Source: Macrostomum lignano (lineage: Eukaryota). From it: a DNA stretch of 64,000 bases. Position numbers and translations under genes: made by a program. Below, in pieces: positions 34,201 to 46,848 of the stretch (position 1 is its first letter; each line of letters opens with the position of its first letter). The stretch covers positions 62,001 through 126,000 of the forward strand of contig NIVC01000730.1 of the NCBI GenBank assembly GCA_002269645.1, written 5' to 3'. Below the pieces are notes generated by a model. The model was not told the DNA's origin, ran no database searches, and saw only the letters and a list, made by a program, of their open reading frames with translations.

Positions 34201-37200
34201 GTTCGCAAATTTCGTCTGTCGCAGACGTCCTTGGCCAATTCGTTTGACAAGCTGAGCTGCCTGGGCTTGGAAGAGATCAAAGCGGCTATCCGATCAGGCC
34301 AACTTGCTCAAGTATTAAACAATTCGATAAAAAAATCGAAATTTAATGCCCAATCGCAATCTAATATTGAGAAAGTCATTCGAATGGATTTGTTTAAACC
34401 ATCTACTAATTTTCAGTCATCATTCTGTACGCAACTTGCTGCCCTGCTAGCGATGAACTTGAGGCGCTGTTTAAGAAGTCGCTCGGGAATTTGGGGTCGC
34501 CTCATTTTACCAGGAGTTATTATCATTTCTATAGGACTGGTCATGCTTTCTCAAGACAAAAGCTCAGCTCAGAGACAATTTTTAGTCCCACATTTACGGT
34601 GGTAAACTTCGGATCCATCAGCAGTGATCCGAGTGAAACAGAAGAGAGAATCGCCTGCATCCACGATGAGGGCGACTCGACCGCCGCGGCCGCTGCCCTC
34701 TGCTTTGTGATATCAAATTTAACTTCCCAGCCATCCAACAAAAATCCTCTGCTACTCAACAAGTCTTCATCAGTCTCGATGAAGAAGCATTTAGTTCAAG
34801 AGGAGGTTGTTAATAGACTCAAACAAGAAGCTTGTCGAGGCAGTAATTGCAGCTTGATCATCTACTATGCCTCATCGTGGAAACTCTCTCATCCGAACAA
34901 TAGGCGAGCGATTTCTATCAGCTACGTCACTAAAAAGCGACTTTCCAATTTAGACGCGAATGTTGCTCAAATTTATAGGCGGCACTTTAACGCTTTTTGG
35001 CGCGTCTTTCCATTTAACAACTACTGGCCATTCCGAATAGAAGTGTTGCTGTTCCTCATCTTAATGTGTTCGATTCCCGCCACTTTTCTAAACGACTCGA
35101 TTGAAGATGTGAATAGCCGAGCTCGTAACCAACTAGCTTTCATGGGCATTTCAAGGTTCAAATATTGGATTCGACTAACGTTAATACACAGTCTTCAGTA
35201 CTTATGTTATTTAGTAGTAGCTTTGGCCCTGATGTGCATTGGAAGCTTGTACAGGACATTTTCAGCAGTAAACATCACTTTCGTAGTAGTTGCACTGCTG
35301 GGCACCGTCACAAATCAGTTGCTAGTGTATACAATTTCCAGTGCTACTCACGAAACAAACGATTTCGTATCGATGATTTACCATCTACTGTCTGTTAGCC
35401 TTCCGCCGTTGCTTTTATTATTTTGCATCGTCAATAGCGCTGTTGTATTGCTAACAGTGTGGCTACTGCCGCCGCTGGCGCCCGTTTTGTTATTCTACGA
35501 CCGCGTCAGGCACGCCAGCTACCGGAAACTATTTTACTCTCAAGCTGTCAATGATAAGTACACGGACACTTTCTCTATTGGACAGCAACCGCACACATTG
35601 TGGTCGACAATTGCTATTATTGTCCACTTTCTCTGTTTAAAAATTCTATTTGTTTCGATAGAGAACAAGCAGGCCTGCTCAAATTTTTGCGGTCGCTTGC
35701 TGTGCCGCAAAAAGTCTACGAATATTGTAGCCAAGGTCAAGTTTAACTCAAATAGCTATTATGATACTAAAAAAGAAAAGGGGGTCAAAAACGAACTAAA
35801 TAGGCTCACTGAATCTTACAGAGATATGACAAACATTTTGGAAGCGCGGCAGCTAAAGAAGACTTACAAGAACCGGACGGCTGCCATCAAAAGCTTCACA
35901 TTTGGTGCAAAAAGTGGTGAAGTGCTGGGCCTACTTGGCGCCTGCGGTGCCGGCAAGTCGACTGCTATTTCAATTTTATCGGGCTGCGAACCTCCAACTG
36001 ACGGCAGGTGCGAGGTTCGACACTCACTCGATGGCTCAGTCTGGCTGCCCTGCTCTGAAGCGGCTTCAGTTGGTGCAGTTGGATTATGCCCGCAGTACAG
36101 TCCAGTGTTCGAGCGCATCACCGTAAGAGAGCACCTGTGGTTCTACGCTAAGATTCGCGGGATTCCATCTAATAAGCTTGGCCAACATTTGAAGCAAATT
36201 GTGCAGTTCACCGGGCTGATCGACTGTCAGCATCAGCAGGCCGGTGCGATCTCGGCTGGGCAGCGACGCTTGCTGTGCCTGGCCATTGCGCTGCTGGGCA
36301 ATCCGTCGCTGATACTGCTGGACGAGCCAACGCTTGGCGTGGAATTATCAATGCAGAGAATCATTTGGAGCGTCATTTGCGACATAAAAAACGAGCATCG
36401 ATCGATAGTTATTGCTACGGAGAGTATGAAGGAGGCCGAAATTGTGAGCGACAGGATTGCTATACTCAACAATGGACGATTGGTAGCGCTTGGTACTGTT
36501 GGAAAGCTTCTTTCTCGGTAAGTTCTTATTATTTTCATAGCCTTTTTAGGATCTTGCCGATGAACAATGCTTTTTAATGTACATGTAGCTCAACGACGTT
36601 CATTGCATAGCACACAGAAGACTTTGGCTAGAAGTTGATTTTATTTTTATTTGCAAGGTCCTTCACCATTTTTGTTATTTATCTATTCATCAAAATGCAA
36701 ATGTCTGATGAAGTCCGCACAGCATTGTATCGCGGATCTTTGGAGTTATCCTTATATTTTTAAAGGCCATCAGAATGATGTTAGATACTATCGTTTTTAA
36801 ATCATCCCGTAATGATCGCCTATGTAGAGAAGCGACATTCTCGTAGGATACGTGGCCCCCTATCTACTTGATCATGACGTCTCTTTGAGATACGCCACTG
36901 TTAAAAATTCCCTAATTGTACTTCTCATATATAGCAGCCCCTGCCAAGAAAAACCAGTAACCAAGCGTAGGGTTTAAAGAGTTTGAAATAGATTAATTCA
37001 AAAGTTCGCTATTAATGACAATGAGATTAATAATTCAATTCTCCTCAGCCACGGCGATGGTCTCACATTGGAGATTCTACTGCAGCCTAGCAACCAGTAC
37101 AGCCTGCATCAGTCCAGGGCAGCTGTGAGAGACGCAATTATTAGAAAATTTCCAAACTCTGAACTGTTCGAGGAAATTACTCTGCACATGCAATTTTTTA

Positions 37201-37361
37201 TGCCAATAAAGTCAATCGGCGTACTGTTTCAACTGCTCAATTGGCTGACGGAGAATAAGCACATACTTAAAATTGGTCCCTGTTTGCTATACCGAATTTC
37301 TCCGAACCAAGTTTTTGCCCGTCTCGCGAAGCAGTTCAGCGATGGCGCGGATATTTTTTGA
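31298..37361 (+). pseudogene. Full-length ABCA-subfamily transporter (TMD-NBD-TMD-NBD), intron-poor, with three apparent frameshifts (pseudogene or assembly indels)
   Basis: Segments are 31298-~32498, ~32499-~32870, 33418-33479, 33478-~34583, ~34584-36517 and 37049-37361. NBD1: GHSAAGKST, LDESTTGMDPASRRQVW. NBD2: GACGAGKST, GLCPQ, TVREHLWFYAKIRG, LLDEPT. The last intron CG|GTAAGT...CAG|C is in frame. Frame changes fall at ~32498, ~33478 and ~34583. The junction between ~32830-32870 and 33418 is unresolved. Confidence 0.75.
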
Positions 37362-38492
37362 CGGCATCTAGGAAGTCTCCGCGGTGACTGTACTTCATTT
37401 TCATATTTTCACACTCCAAAAACCTCCTGCACTTTTGAAATATATTATTTTTCTCGGTGAATCATCGAAATGCGTCAGAAATTATTTCAAAAATTATTTA
37501 TCCGCAAATACCAAAATCATAAAATAAGTATGAATTTATGTAGCATTATGCTAAGACTTGTGTAAAAATTAATTACGTATATGATAATGGTTACTTATAT
37601 ATACGGTTTCAGAGGTAGATAATGAGGTAGATAATAGTCACGAATTGTCACATGATTTCGCAGGAAAAGCGTGTTGAAAAATCTGTCATTATCAAACGTT
37701 TGATAATGAATGCTTAAATTTGGACCATGAAATGATACATAGAAATAGAAAGAGGAACTCAGATAATGCCATAGACAATTAAAATTTGACTCAGAAAACG
37801 AAGTGGGTAGTGTTGGACTAAAACTAAAGGACAACTTGATAACTTATCAAGTTGATAACTTATCAAGTTATAGTTAGCCTAGGCGTGTTGAAACGGCGAG
37901 AAACGCACGGCATCCCGCCCGCTGCAATAATCTGTGGCCAACTTCAATAAGTAAAAAAAACTCGTATGCATAAAAGTATCTAGTTAATGTTTCTACAACT
38001 TGTATATTTTAAAATTAAAGCTTAGTGCTGCTTAATAATTCTTAGTATCAGTTACTATTTTTTCAATTCGCAAAATAAGGAGTTTTGGCCATAGACAATT
38101 TTTGGATTTCATTATTTCTTTCTTTGTCTTGTGTGCTGGTGTGCTAATGTGGGGGCTCCGCCCCCACACCCCCGCAAGGGGGCTCAGCGCCCCTTTGACC
38201 CCGCTTTCTTCTGACTTTGCCATATACATTTTCAGCGGGCCGTAAAACCGACTGAATGCACTGGAGTAAATAAGAGTTTACCATAGACAGTCTCAGCGGC
38301 CCGTGAAACGCGGTTTCACGCCCGCTAACTATAACACTAATATTGATGGGCCGCATCGGGCAGAAACGAGCTGACACTCCTCGGCGTTATAGCTCGTTTC
38401 TGCCCTCTGCAGCCCATCAATATTGGTATATTATCAAGTTGTCCTTGCTAAAACTAAGTAGGGTTCTGCAGATAATTCGCTTTCATTTTCCC

Positions 38493-38861
38493 AGTGATCG
38501 TTCGACTGCAATACTTATAAGCTATGTCTATTGCACACCTATCTGGTCCCATCTGCCAGTGGATAGTCTTGACGGCGTTACATCTACCGAATATTCTTTC
38601 CTTGCGGAGCTGAGCAGTGTTGATCACCGAGAAGATGCCCAACTGGAGGACTTTATCATTTCATTACCGATCGATCACACTCTGAAGATCAGCTGTTTGG
38701 TGTCGTTCTACCGGCCGGACGTCGAAGAAGGAAAAGATTTAATTACTATGTACAGCATGGATAAGGCCGAGTTGGATTCGCTTCCGAGAACAACCAAAGA
38801 CCACATGTTCTTCTATGGTAACGCGTTTTTTAAAAATGTGAATGATTTAGGTCACGCTTAG
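38493..38861 (+). CDS. Possible terminal coding exon of an unknown small protein (~120 aa)
   Basis: A strong acceptor tttcattttcccag lies inside a stop-free 172-codon ORF of non-repetitive composition; no family recognised. Confidence 0.3.
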   Translation, partial: SDRSTAILISYVYCTPIWSHLPVDSLDGVTSTEYSFLAELSSVDHREDAQLEDFIISLPIDHTLKISCLVSFYRPDVEEGKDLITMYSMDKAELDSLPRTTKDHMFFYGNAFFKNVNDLGHA

Positions 38862-39902
38862 TAAACAAAATGTCTCCAGTGTCTTCTCCGGCTGCCACAA
38901 TTCTCAAATTGCACGTTAAATCTGAGCAACTAGGTCTACAGCCACTAGTAATAGATCATCTCTGCTTCGTTGGGAATTAGGAATTTTTAGCTTCAAAATG
39001 CATCAAAACTTACTGTTCTATTTTGTACTGTACTGTACTGCTTTCGAATGTACCTTTTGCTTATTTCCCTCCATAATACCATTTTGTTTTGTGACGAATA
39101 TATCTGATCTGATGTAAGAGTTCGCGTGCTGACGGGCTGCTACATGTATTCAAATTAGCGACGAACACGTAGAACCTTGATTGATCGATGACAACTCTCA
39201 AACTCTCAAACACGGTTGGCAGAAGTATAATATTCGCTTGCAACTGATAGCAAAGTAGCTAACGGATCAGGAGGTGGGGTGGCTTTGGAAGATATGATCT
39301 TGTGGGAGAACACGGTACTTAGACTGAATGCGGTTTAAGATCTGGCGGGAAGCGTTCTTTAATAATGCTTGGAAAAATGAACTTGCAAGCGGTAGTTTTA
39401 ACAGACAAGCACAAGCCCTAGATCCCTCTCCTCCGAAGCCACAGAATTCAAATGTTAAATAAAGTATTGCCAACCCAGTAAAACAAAGTATTCCCAACCA
39501 TCATCAGCAAACATAAAAATACAACTCATTGAAATAACCAGATTACACATTAAATATTCCCAGCTGATACGAGCTACCAACCGACAAACTGGCGAGACAA
39601 TAGAAACCGTCAACGTCACAGTTTTTTAATTAATCAACAAATATGCTTGAAACGTGTATTACAGTATGAGTTTACTAAATATAAATCCTGTTATTTGACC
39701 ATAGTCTATGGTCCAAAGTTGAAAATAATTGTTTGATAATGAATGCATTACTTTTGAAAAGATAATGAAAGAAAGAGTGTGATAATAGTCATTTAATAAA
39801 AAGTCTATGGTTTGATTTGATGGAATTTAATTATAGTAGTTTCCAAGCTAATTTAGCCTAGGAACAAGCAATTTAATCCTTATGGGGAGAATCATGCTAC
39901 TG

Positions 39903-42900
39903 CCCAGTGGCAAAGCCGAGCTCGGTCCGAGCTCGGGCCGACGTCGGCCACTCGGCATTCGATCGGCCATGCTAAAGTCGGCCAGCCGACGTCGGCCCGA
40001 ACTCGGGAGAACCTCGGGGTGCCGCGTCGTTAACCGATTAAAATTTTTAATTAATTAAGCAGAATTTTCCTACGATAATCAATTCGATATGATTAGAAAC
40101 GAACACCGCATAAATATAGATGAATAATTTACACTGAAAAAGCGACTCTTTTGCAATAAACAAAATCTATACGCAATCAAACAGCACTTTTGATCCACTA
40201 AAGTGGTGCAATGTGCTTTTTACATAAAAGAATTGTGTTTTTACTGAATTAGTTTCCTCGTTGAGAGGCAATTTTGACTTTTATGGATTTATTCTCCTTT
40301 GAGACGTCCATGAAGTGCATGCGTAATTAGGTACGGAAAATGCGAAGTACTGGATTTTAACAATTATATATGTGAGTAATTTACCAGATGAAAGAACATA
40401 GCTTCGTTAGTAAAAATATAAATAAATGATTACCTGCTTTAGAATTTACCTATGGCGTAATTATTGCTCATTTTTGCCATTCATTTGAATATGTTGCTCC
40501 CGTGTGGTCGGCGTGATCCCAGTGGTGGTTTTTTAGTCAATTGTAATCAGTGCGTGGCTTTTTTTAAACGTGGCAATTTATTTAGCTTCGTAGTTATTTT
40601 TTTATAATTTTATTACACGTTCTTTGGAAGCATTTAGATGTTTCGGTAAAAATTCCAGAGACATATTTCAGTCTTCCAGTTAAGCCGAAACTATTTGAAC
40701 TATAGCTACACTGTAATGCAATGTAAACTTGCTTCTTTTTGGGTTTAATGAAGATTTGCTTACAATTTATGAATAGGCCTATGAAATATGTTTTCATTAA
40801 TAATAATTAGACATTGCGATGGTGATTCACCAGCTATTTTCAGAATAGCCATCAAATAGTTATCTAGGAGTTAAGAATGAATAAATATCTACAAAAAGCA
40901 TATTTTCATGATAAAATGTTGAAAAGTATAGAATTGCAATAGGAGTTACCATAACTTAACTGTAGGAATGATATCTAGCTTAGGTCATAAATCCTGTGAT
41001 TTGAAAAGTCTAAAATTGCCTAAATAAAGCCAGGTTTTTGGGCTTCCTATTATGTTTTTATCCCTACTATATTTAGCTTCTTATTTTTTTATTTGTCTAT
41101 GGCAATGTCTATGACAATTACATACAATCGGTTACTTTAAGGCATTGTTTATGTACTATAGGCCAGGATATAATGCCAATTGTGCATTATATAGCAGGTA
41201 ATTTAGTGTAATTTTGCTATTTATGCCAGATTTTTTACTTTTTTGAATAGATTCACAGTATTCATATTATACTATATTGTTTTTCTAATGACTTTTTAGT
41301 ATCACTATATATAGTATACTTATTTTACTATTATAGGTTTTTACTTTATTTTTGTACCATAGACTAGATCTTGATGCTATTTTTATATACTAGGGCCCTA
41401 TGCCACATTTGGCATCAGTTTTGCACTACAGGCCAGATTTGGGTATCATTTTTGTGTTTTTCCATTTATGCATTTGACTCCAATTTTTTACTTTTTCATC
41501 ATATGGCTTCATTTCTAACCACCTTGATGTTCTAGACACAACACTCTGAGAAAATGTGGCGAGATTCTAAGCCTCCCACAAGCGATCCAGAAACAGCAGC
41601 ACGATGCCCATGACCACCGCATTGAGATAGGCAACGCAGTCGTTGCGAGGGACTTTGCTGCTGATGGCAGCTGGAAGCCTGCTGTTCTGACCGACTGCTC
41701 CAGGGCTGTCTCTCTTGCCAGTTTGACAATGGTCGAGAGGTCCATCGGCACATCAATCAAGTGCCTGCGGCGTCTTCCAAAGTTGAGCAACCGCTATGTG
41801 CCGAGGTGCCTGACGATCAACCATAGGGCGAGGCCCCTGCGGAGACGCCTGGCCAGGCGCCAGAGTTGAGCTCTGCGGCGCCACTTTGACGTTCGACCAG
41901 GGCAATGGGCAAGAGCTTAAGCTGACCGGCTGCGCTACCAGTGACTATGGACTGTTCCTCTATGGACTGTGAACTGATTTGCGTCTTTTATTCCCGTTTT
42001 TATCCAACGCTTAATCTTTTTGGGGAGGAGTGTGGTGACTTGGCTGAGAAAATTGTTGTTTGTTTTGTTAGCTTGTTTTTACTCCGTGTTTTGAGGTGTT
42101 TTTTTACCAGTTTCGCTGCATGCTCCCTTCTGCGATATTTCGCTGTACATTCTTATGTGGGCTCTGCATTCTGGCCGCTCTTTCTCTACACCCTTAAGCC
42201 TCTTACACCCAATGTATCGTGCTCAATATTTACAATATAAATTGCAGTCGCTTTCCTCATATTAAGCCTCTCGTTCTACAATCTAAAGTGAAGTCTTTAC
42301 AGTTTATAATGTTAATTAATGCTCAACCAAATCCGTATCACAACCCTTAACTCAACCTCTGTTTTCAGCTGTTTAGCTACTTTTTCTCTTTGTTTTCTTG
42401 CTTATTGGTTGAAAAGTTAATCTTGTATCATTATTAGCATTTGATAATACACTAGTGTGCTTGTGGTGTATTTACTGTTGCGGTGTTCTTTTAATTCAAT
42501 TAAAAGATTAGAACTTAGTTTAAGTTCTAAATCGTTGTCTTATTTCACAATCATTTAATCCTGGACATGGTTGTTGGTTGTATATTTGTTGGGTCAGAGA
42601 ACTGAGTCTGGTGGATATTTATCTAATTCCAAGGGGAAATCAATTAAACTAGTTATACTAGAGGCTCACCATAACTAGGCTTATATACATTACCACTGCA
42701 ATGCACTAACATGCTAGGAATGACATGGGATCTTTTAACTCGATGGTTTCAATTCGTGTCATGTCGTTTTCCCATTCACCTTTTCTTTTTCATGTAATAC
42801 CGAATTGTACATGTACAGTACAAGTCTATATAAAGTGAGTGGCACCTACATGTAGTCAATCTGTAAAAAGCAATATAAGCTTTATAATAAGCTAAATAGA

Positions 42901-43047
42901 AAGTAGAGTGCAAAGCTACTCGGCATTACTGCGGTCAGCCGACCTCGGCCCGAGGTCGTCGGCCCGAGCTAGAACCGCCGTCAACCCGCCGAGCTCGGCC
43001 CGATCTCGGCGGACCGAGCTCGGGCCGAGCTCGGCTTTGCCACTGGG
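39903..43047. mobile_element. 3.1-kb non-autonomous TIR element (CCCAG termini, CMC/EnSpm-like) with palindromic subterminal repeats
   Basis: The 23-bp perfect TIR CCCAGTGGCAAAGCCGAGCTCGG extends to ~37 bp with 2 mismatches. Multiple CCGAGCTCGG/CCGACGTCGG palindromes lie within ~130 bp of each end. No TSD match (tg vs at), so the superfamily is tentative. Confidence 0.75.
41546..42553 (+). mobile_element. Truncated Gypsy-type LTR retrotransposon remnant (integrase C-terminus, PPT, 3' LTR) nested in the TIR element
   Basis: Decayed frames read QKQQHDAH..IEIGNAVVARDF...W.PAV, then DNGREVHRHINQV, then RSTR. A polypurine tract GGGGAGGAG (42022-42030) directly precedes TGTGGTGAC (42031). ATTAAA near 42499 and TCACAATCA near 42553 fit an LTR end. 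Confidence 0.7.
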
Positions 43048-43589
43048 ATGAAGACTTGTTTTTCATTCTTATTTTATCCAGCGTGATCGAGCGTGCGTTA
43101 TGGTCAGACCTCGAGTCCTGGTAAAGACGACGGTTTTTACATTTACCAACATGTAAAGCAATAGAAAGTCAGGACACAGACACAGCTACATGTAGTACTA
43201 TACTTTTACAGCAAGTCTGTTAGTTTGAGTAGGTTCTTTTGTGGGTTTAGAAGGGTTAGATCGAATCACATTATGTAGAAGCATAAACTTTCAAGTTTCT
43301 TTTTAAACTTGAAAATAAAAGAAAATGCAAAAACATGCAATGCATTAAACTGAACGTGCAGGATTCAGGATATATGCAAAAGCAGAAATGCTGAAATTTA
43401 TCCTATTTGCCTCGCGGGGATTGTCTGCTTGCCTATCTTCCAGTAATTCTGTTAGTCCCTCGTGTTTTGCCAGACAGCTGTCAGTATGTTTCTCTGTTTT
43501 GCCAGTCTATATTGCCTGTTAAGGATCTGTCTAAGGGTGTGTGTGTCTGAAAATGTGCTGCCTCTCTCCTGTTAGTCAGTCGGGAGTAC

Positions 43590-45110
43590 GAAGTTTGCTA
43601 GCGGAAGTTTGCTTGCCGAGTTTGCTTGCAGGAAAAAGACATGTACTTGCTGAATCTAACGCGATGTTTTATGATGTTTAAAACACCGGTTATTTTCTGC
43701 CTTCAGACAGCGGTGGAACAAACGACAAGACCGGAGGAGAGATGCTTTTTTGATGTCACAATCTATAGATCTAAAACCAACATCCAGTGCCTAGCTCTTG
43801 GGCTACAAGATCGTGTATATTTATAGTACAGTGCAAGAAGAGGCCATGGCCATGGCGGCAGAGCGGTCATGAGGGTATAGAAAGAATTGCTGGGCTGGGC
43901 CGATGCAAATTGCTACGCGTGCCACGCACAGCGTAAGCTACAGTGAGGGGCGCCATAAAAAACTACACCGCTTCTATGTAAGGAGTTATAGACATCCACA
44001 CAGAAGGTAATTGCTTGCCGAAGTTTGCTTTCCGATGCTTGCTTGACGAATTTTGCTTGTTGAATTTTGCTTGTCGAAGTTGGCTTGGCAAAATTTACTA
44101 GCGAAAGTTTGCTTGCCGAACTTGCCTGCATGACGATTGCTTGAGGTACTATACAATTCACTTGACGAAGTTTGCTTCCAGGATTTTCGCGGATGCTTAA
44201 ATTTCTTTTTGTGGAAAATTTACTAGTGCTCGCCTAATTTTGCTTGCAAAATTTCCAGCCTTTTGACTTTATAATTTGATGTTAACAGCTTTTTATGTGT
44301 CACGGACGTTAAAAGTGTGTATTTAACAATGCAAATTTGATTAAGGATGTCAAATGTCAAATGTTTGTTAGCATTTACTTACATAGATGTACATAACACT
44401 TCAGAGAGATGGGGTCCTCATTAGAACTTAATTATAATAGCTAGTTTTTAATGTGCATTTGTTATGCTCCTATTACTTTAATTGCTCTAAGCAGTTTAAA
44501 AGTATCACATGATGGAAAGCACGTTCGACATTGGTTCCAGTTAAATTTTTGCAGTTAGTGCGCTCGTAGTCGTAGTTTGGATTATCATTACGACTGTTGT
44601 AATGTCACACAAGCCTGTTTTTTTTTCGCTGGCGCTAAAATGCAAAATCGCATCTTAGGTCCAATTTTAGGATGCGATTAGGACAGTCAGGATATTATAT
44701 AGCATTCCTAATACATAGCCTGGGGTTTTTTGCTGGCACTAGGATGCAAAAATCGCATCCAAGGTCCAATTTGAGGATGCGATTCTGAAAATCAGGATGC
44801 TATAGCCTATAGTATCCCTATCGCACAAAAAATAAACCCAGCACTCAGCCATATTTATAATTGAATAAAATTGAAAGAACTTCGTCAGCCAACTTTGTCA
44901 AGCAAAGTAACACAATAAAAGTATGGCTAGCAAACTACCACAAGCATCCTTTGGTTAGCAAAATTCCTGCGAGCAAACTTTGGCAAGCAAATTTTGGCAA
45001 ACAAACTACTGCAAGCAATGTTTGGCAAGCTTAATTTGCAGTCTTCGCGAAGCAAACTTAGGCCTAAAAGAAGCAAAATTTGACATGATATTTTCTTGCA
45101 AGCAATCTTT
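43590..45110. repeat. Degenerate AAGTTTGCTTGCC(G) motif clusters, inverted between the left (43590-44250) and right (44925-45110) parts; probable old TIR element
   Basis: Many gaagtttgcttgc-type motifs on + are matched by gcaagcaaactt-type motifs further right; termini not identifiable. Confidence 0.5.
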
Positions 45111-46269
45111 AAAGACCCGGCAATATGACTTAAACAGGATTCGAGCCTAGACTATAGCATGCAATGCAAGCGCATTTTGTGTATTGTGTGTTATATCAAA
45201 ATTTTTGGAGCCTATCATAGGCCTATCAACTTCGTTCTATTTATTTTGGACTTTGGTTTTGAGAATAAGGTAAGAACCAAATATTTCTTTATTATGCTTT
45301 GCATTGTATTTTCAATTTTGTATAGACTAAATATTAGAGCCTAGTTTAGTTTAGTTAAGTCTATTAGTTGGTTAAGTTACTGTTAGTTAGACCTATTGTT
45401 GGCAGTTATTTTAGCAAAGTTTTTTGCAAAAGACAATATGCAAAATTGCACTTTGTACCTAATTAATAATTTTAAGGTGCAATTTTAAGGCTCAAAGTAT
45501 AATTTCTTTAATTTCAAAGAACTAGGTAGGAATATATGTATGTATCTACCTATAAAAATGAAAACTATTAATTTGTCTGTTTGTATATAATTTAATTTTG
45601 ATTGCTATGGACTCCTAAATTGCTTGATTAAATTAGGCCTACACCAAATTTTGAACTTATTATAAACTCACTTTAGAGAATGTATTAAGCCTAGGCTACC
45701 TTAAAATTTCTTAAATCCAAGTCTTCTTACCTAAATATTGTATATACAAATTTTATGTTGTTTTTTTATCTGTTTGCCTATTATTGATTTTCTAAAAAAA
45801 ACCTTCTAGCTAATATTTCTAAATTAGCTTTAAAAATTATAACTTTTTTGGCAATCATGCGTAACTTTTTGTTTAAAAATTCAAATTAGAAATGGGTCAA
45901 ATGTTCAAAAATGATTTTTTATCTTTTCAATGTTTGAATTCTAGATTTAAATGTCCTTATAGGCATTGAATGCGCTAGTCATATGTAAAAGTGAAAAAAA
46001 CTGCTCAAAATGTATAATTTCTTTCATTAAATCTTCTATAGCCTTGTTCCAGTTTTACCAATCCTTTTTTAAATTTGATATAAACAATCCAACTATTTGA
46101 CACAATTGTATACAATTTTAAGTCTCAAAGTTAATCTTGAATGGCTCTGTGCCTTTTAAAGTTAAATTGTTTTATTGTTAGCAAGGCAGCCACCCCAAAT
46201 TCTGCTTGTCTTTCTTTTCTAATCTAGGCTTAGATATGTAATTTAATAGGTCATAAAATTAACTACTAA

Positions 46270-46848
46270 AAAGAAGAAGAATAGAGAAAAGATTAGGTTG
46301 TAAAGATGAGAAAGATATAAGGAGAGATAAGAAATGAGAGAAAAGATAATTACAAAGAAAGATTGACTAGAAAGAAGAAAAAGAGATTAAAAGGGAGAGT
46401 ATAAAAAAGAGTAGATGCTAAAGAGAAAAGAAAAATAAGGAAAGTGAGAAGTCCAAAAAAAGAAAAGAAGAATATAGGAAAAAGAGATGAGAAAATATAT
46501 AAGACAATAAAAAGGACAAATGAAAGAGGGGGTAAGAGAGCAAAGACAAGAGTGAACAGACAAGAGATAAAAGAGTAGAGAGAATAGATAAAAGATAGGA
46601 GATAAAAGAGAAGATATTAAAGAGATGAAAAGAAAGAGGAGAGACAAAGATAGGGTAAAGTAAAGAGACAAGAGAGGAAAGAAAAGAATAGAAAGGGGAA
46701 AAAAGAAAAGGGAAGTAGGAAAAAAGAGAAAAAAAAGAGGAAAAGAGAGAAAAAGTGAGAGAAAGAAGTGAGAGAGAAGGAGGAGAGCGGAGAGAAATGA
46801 GAAAAGATATGAGAGAAAACAAAAAAAGAGAAAAGAGAGATAAGAGAG
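46270..46848. repeat. Polypurine (A/G) low-complexity tract, left half
   Basis: Almost all A/G; it continues at 57803-58338 on the other side of the hAT-like insertion. Confidence 0.9.

Noticed and set aside
38290-38335. Hairpin followed by CTAA as a Helitron 3' end
   Set aside because: The spacing and the following base do not fit CTRR|T well, and no matching 5' TC end was identified.
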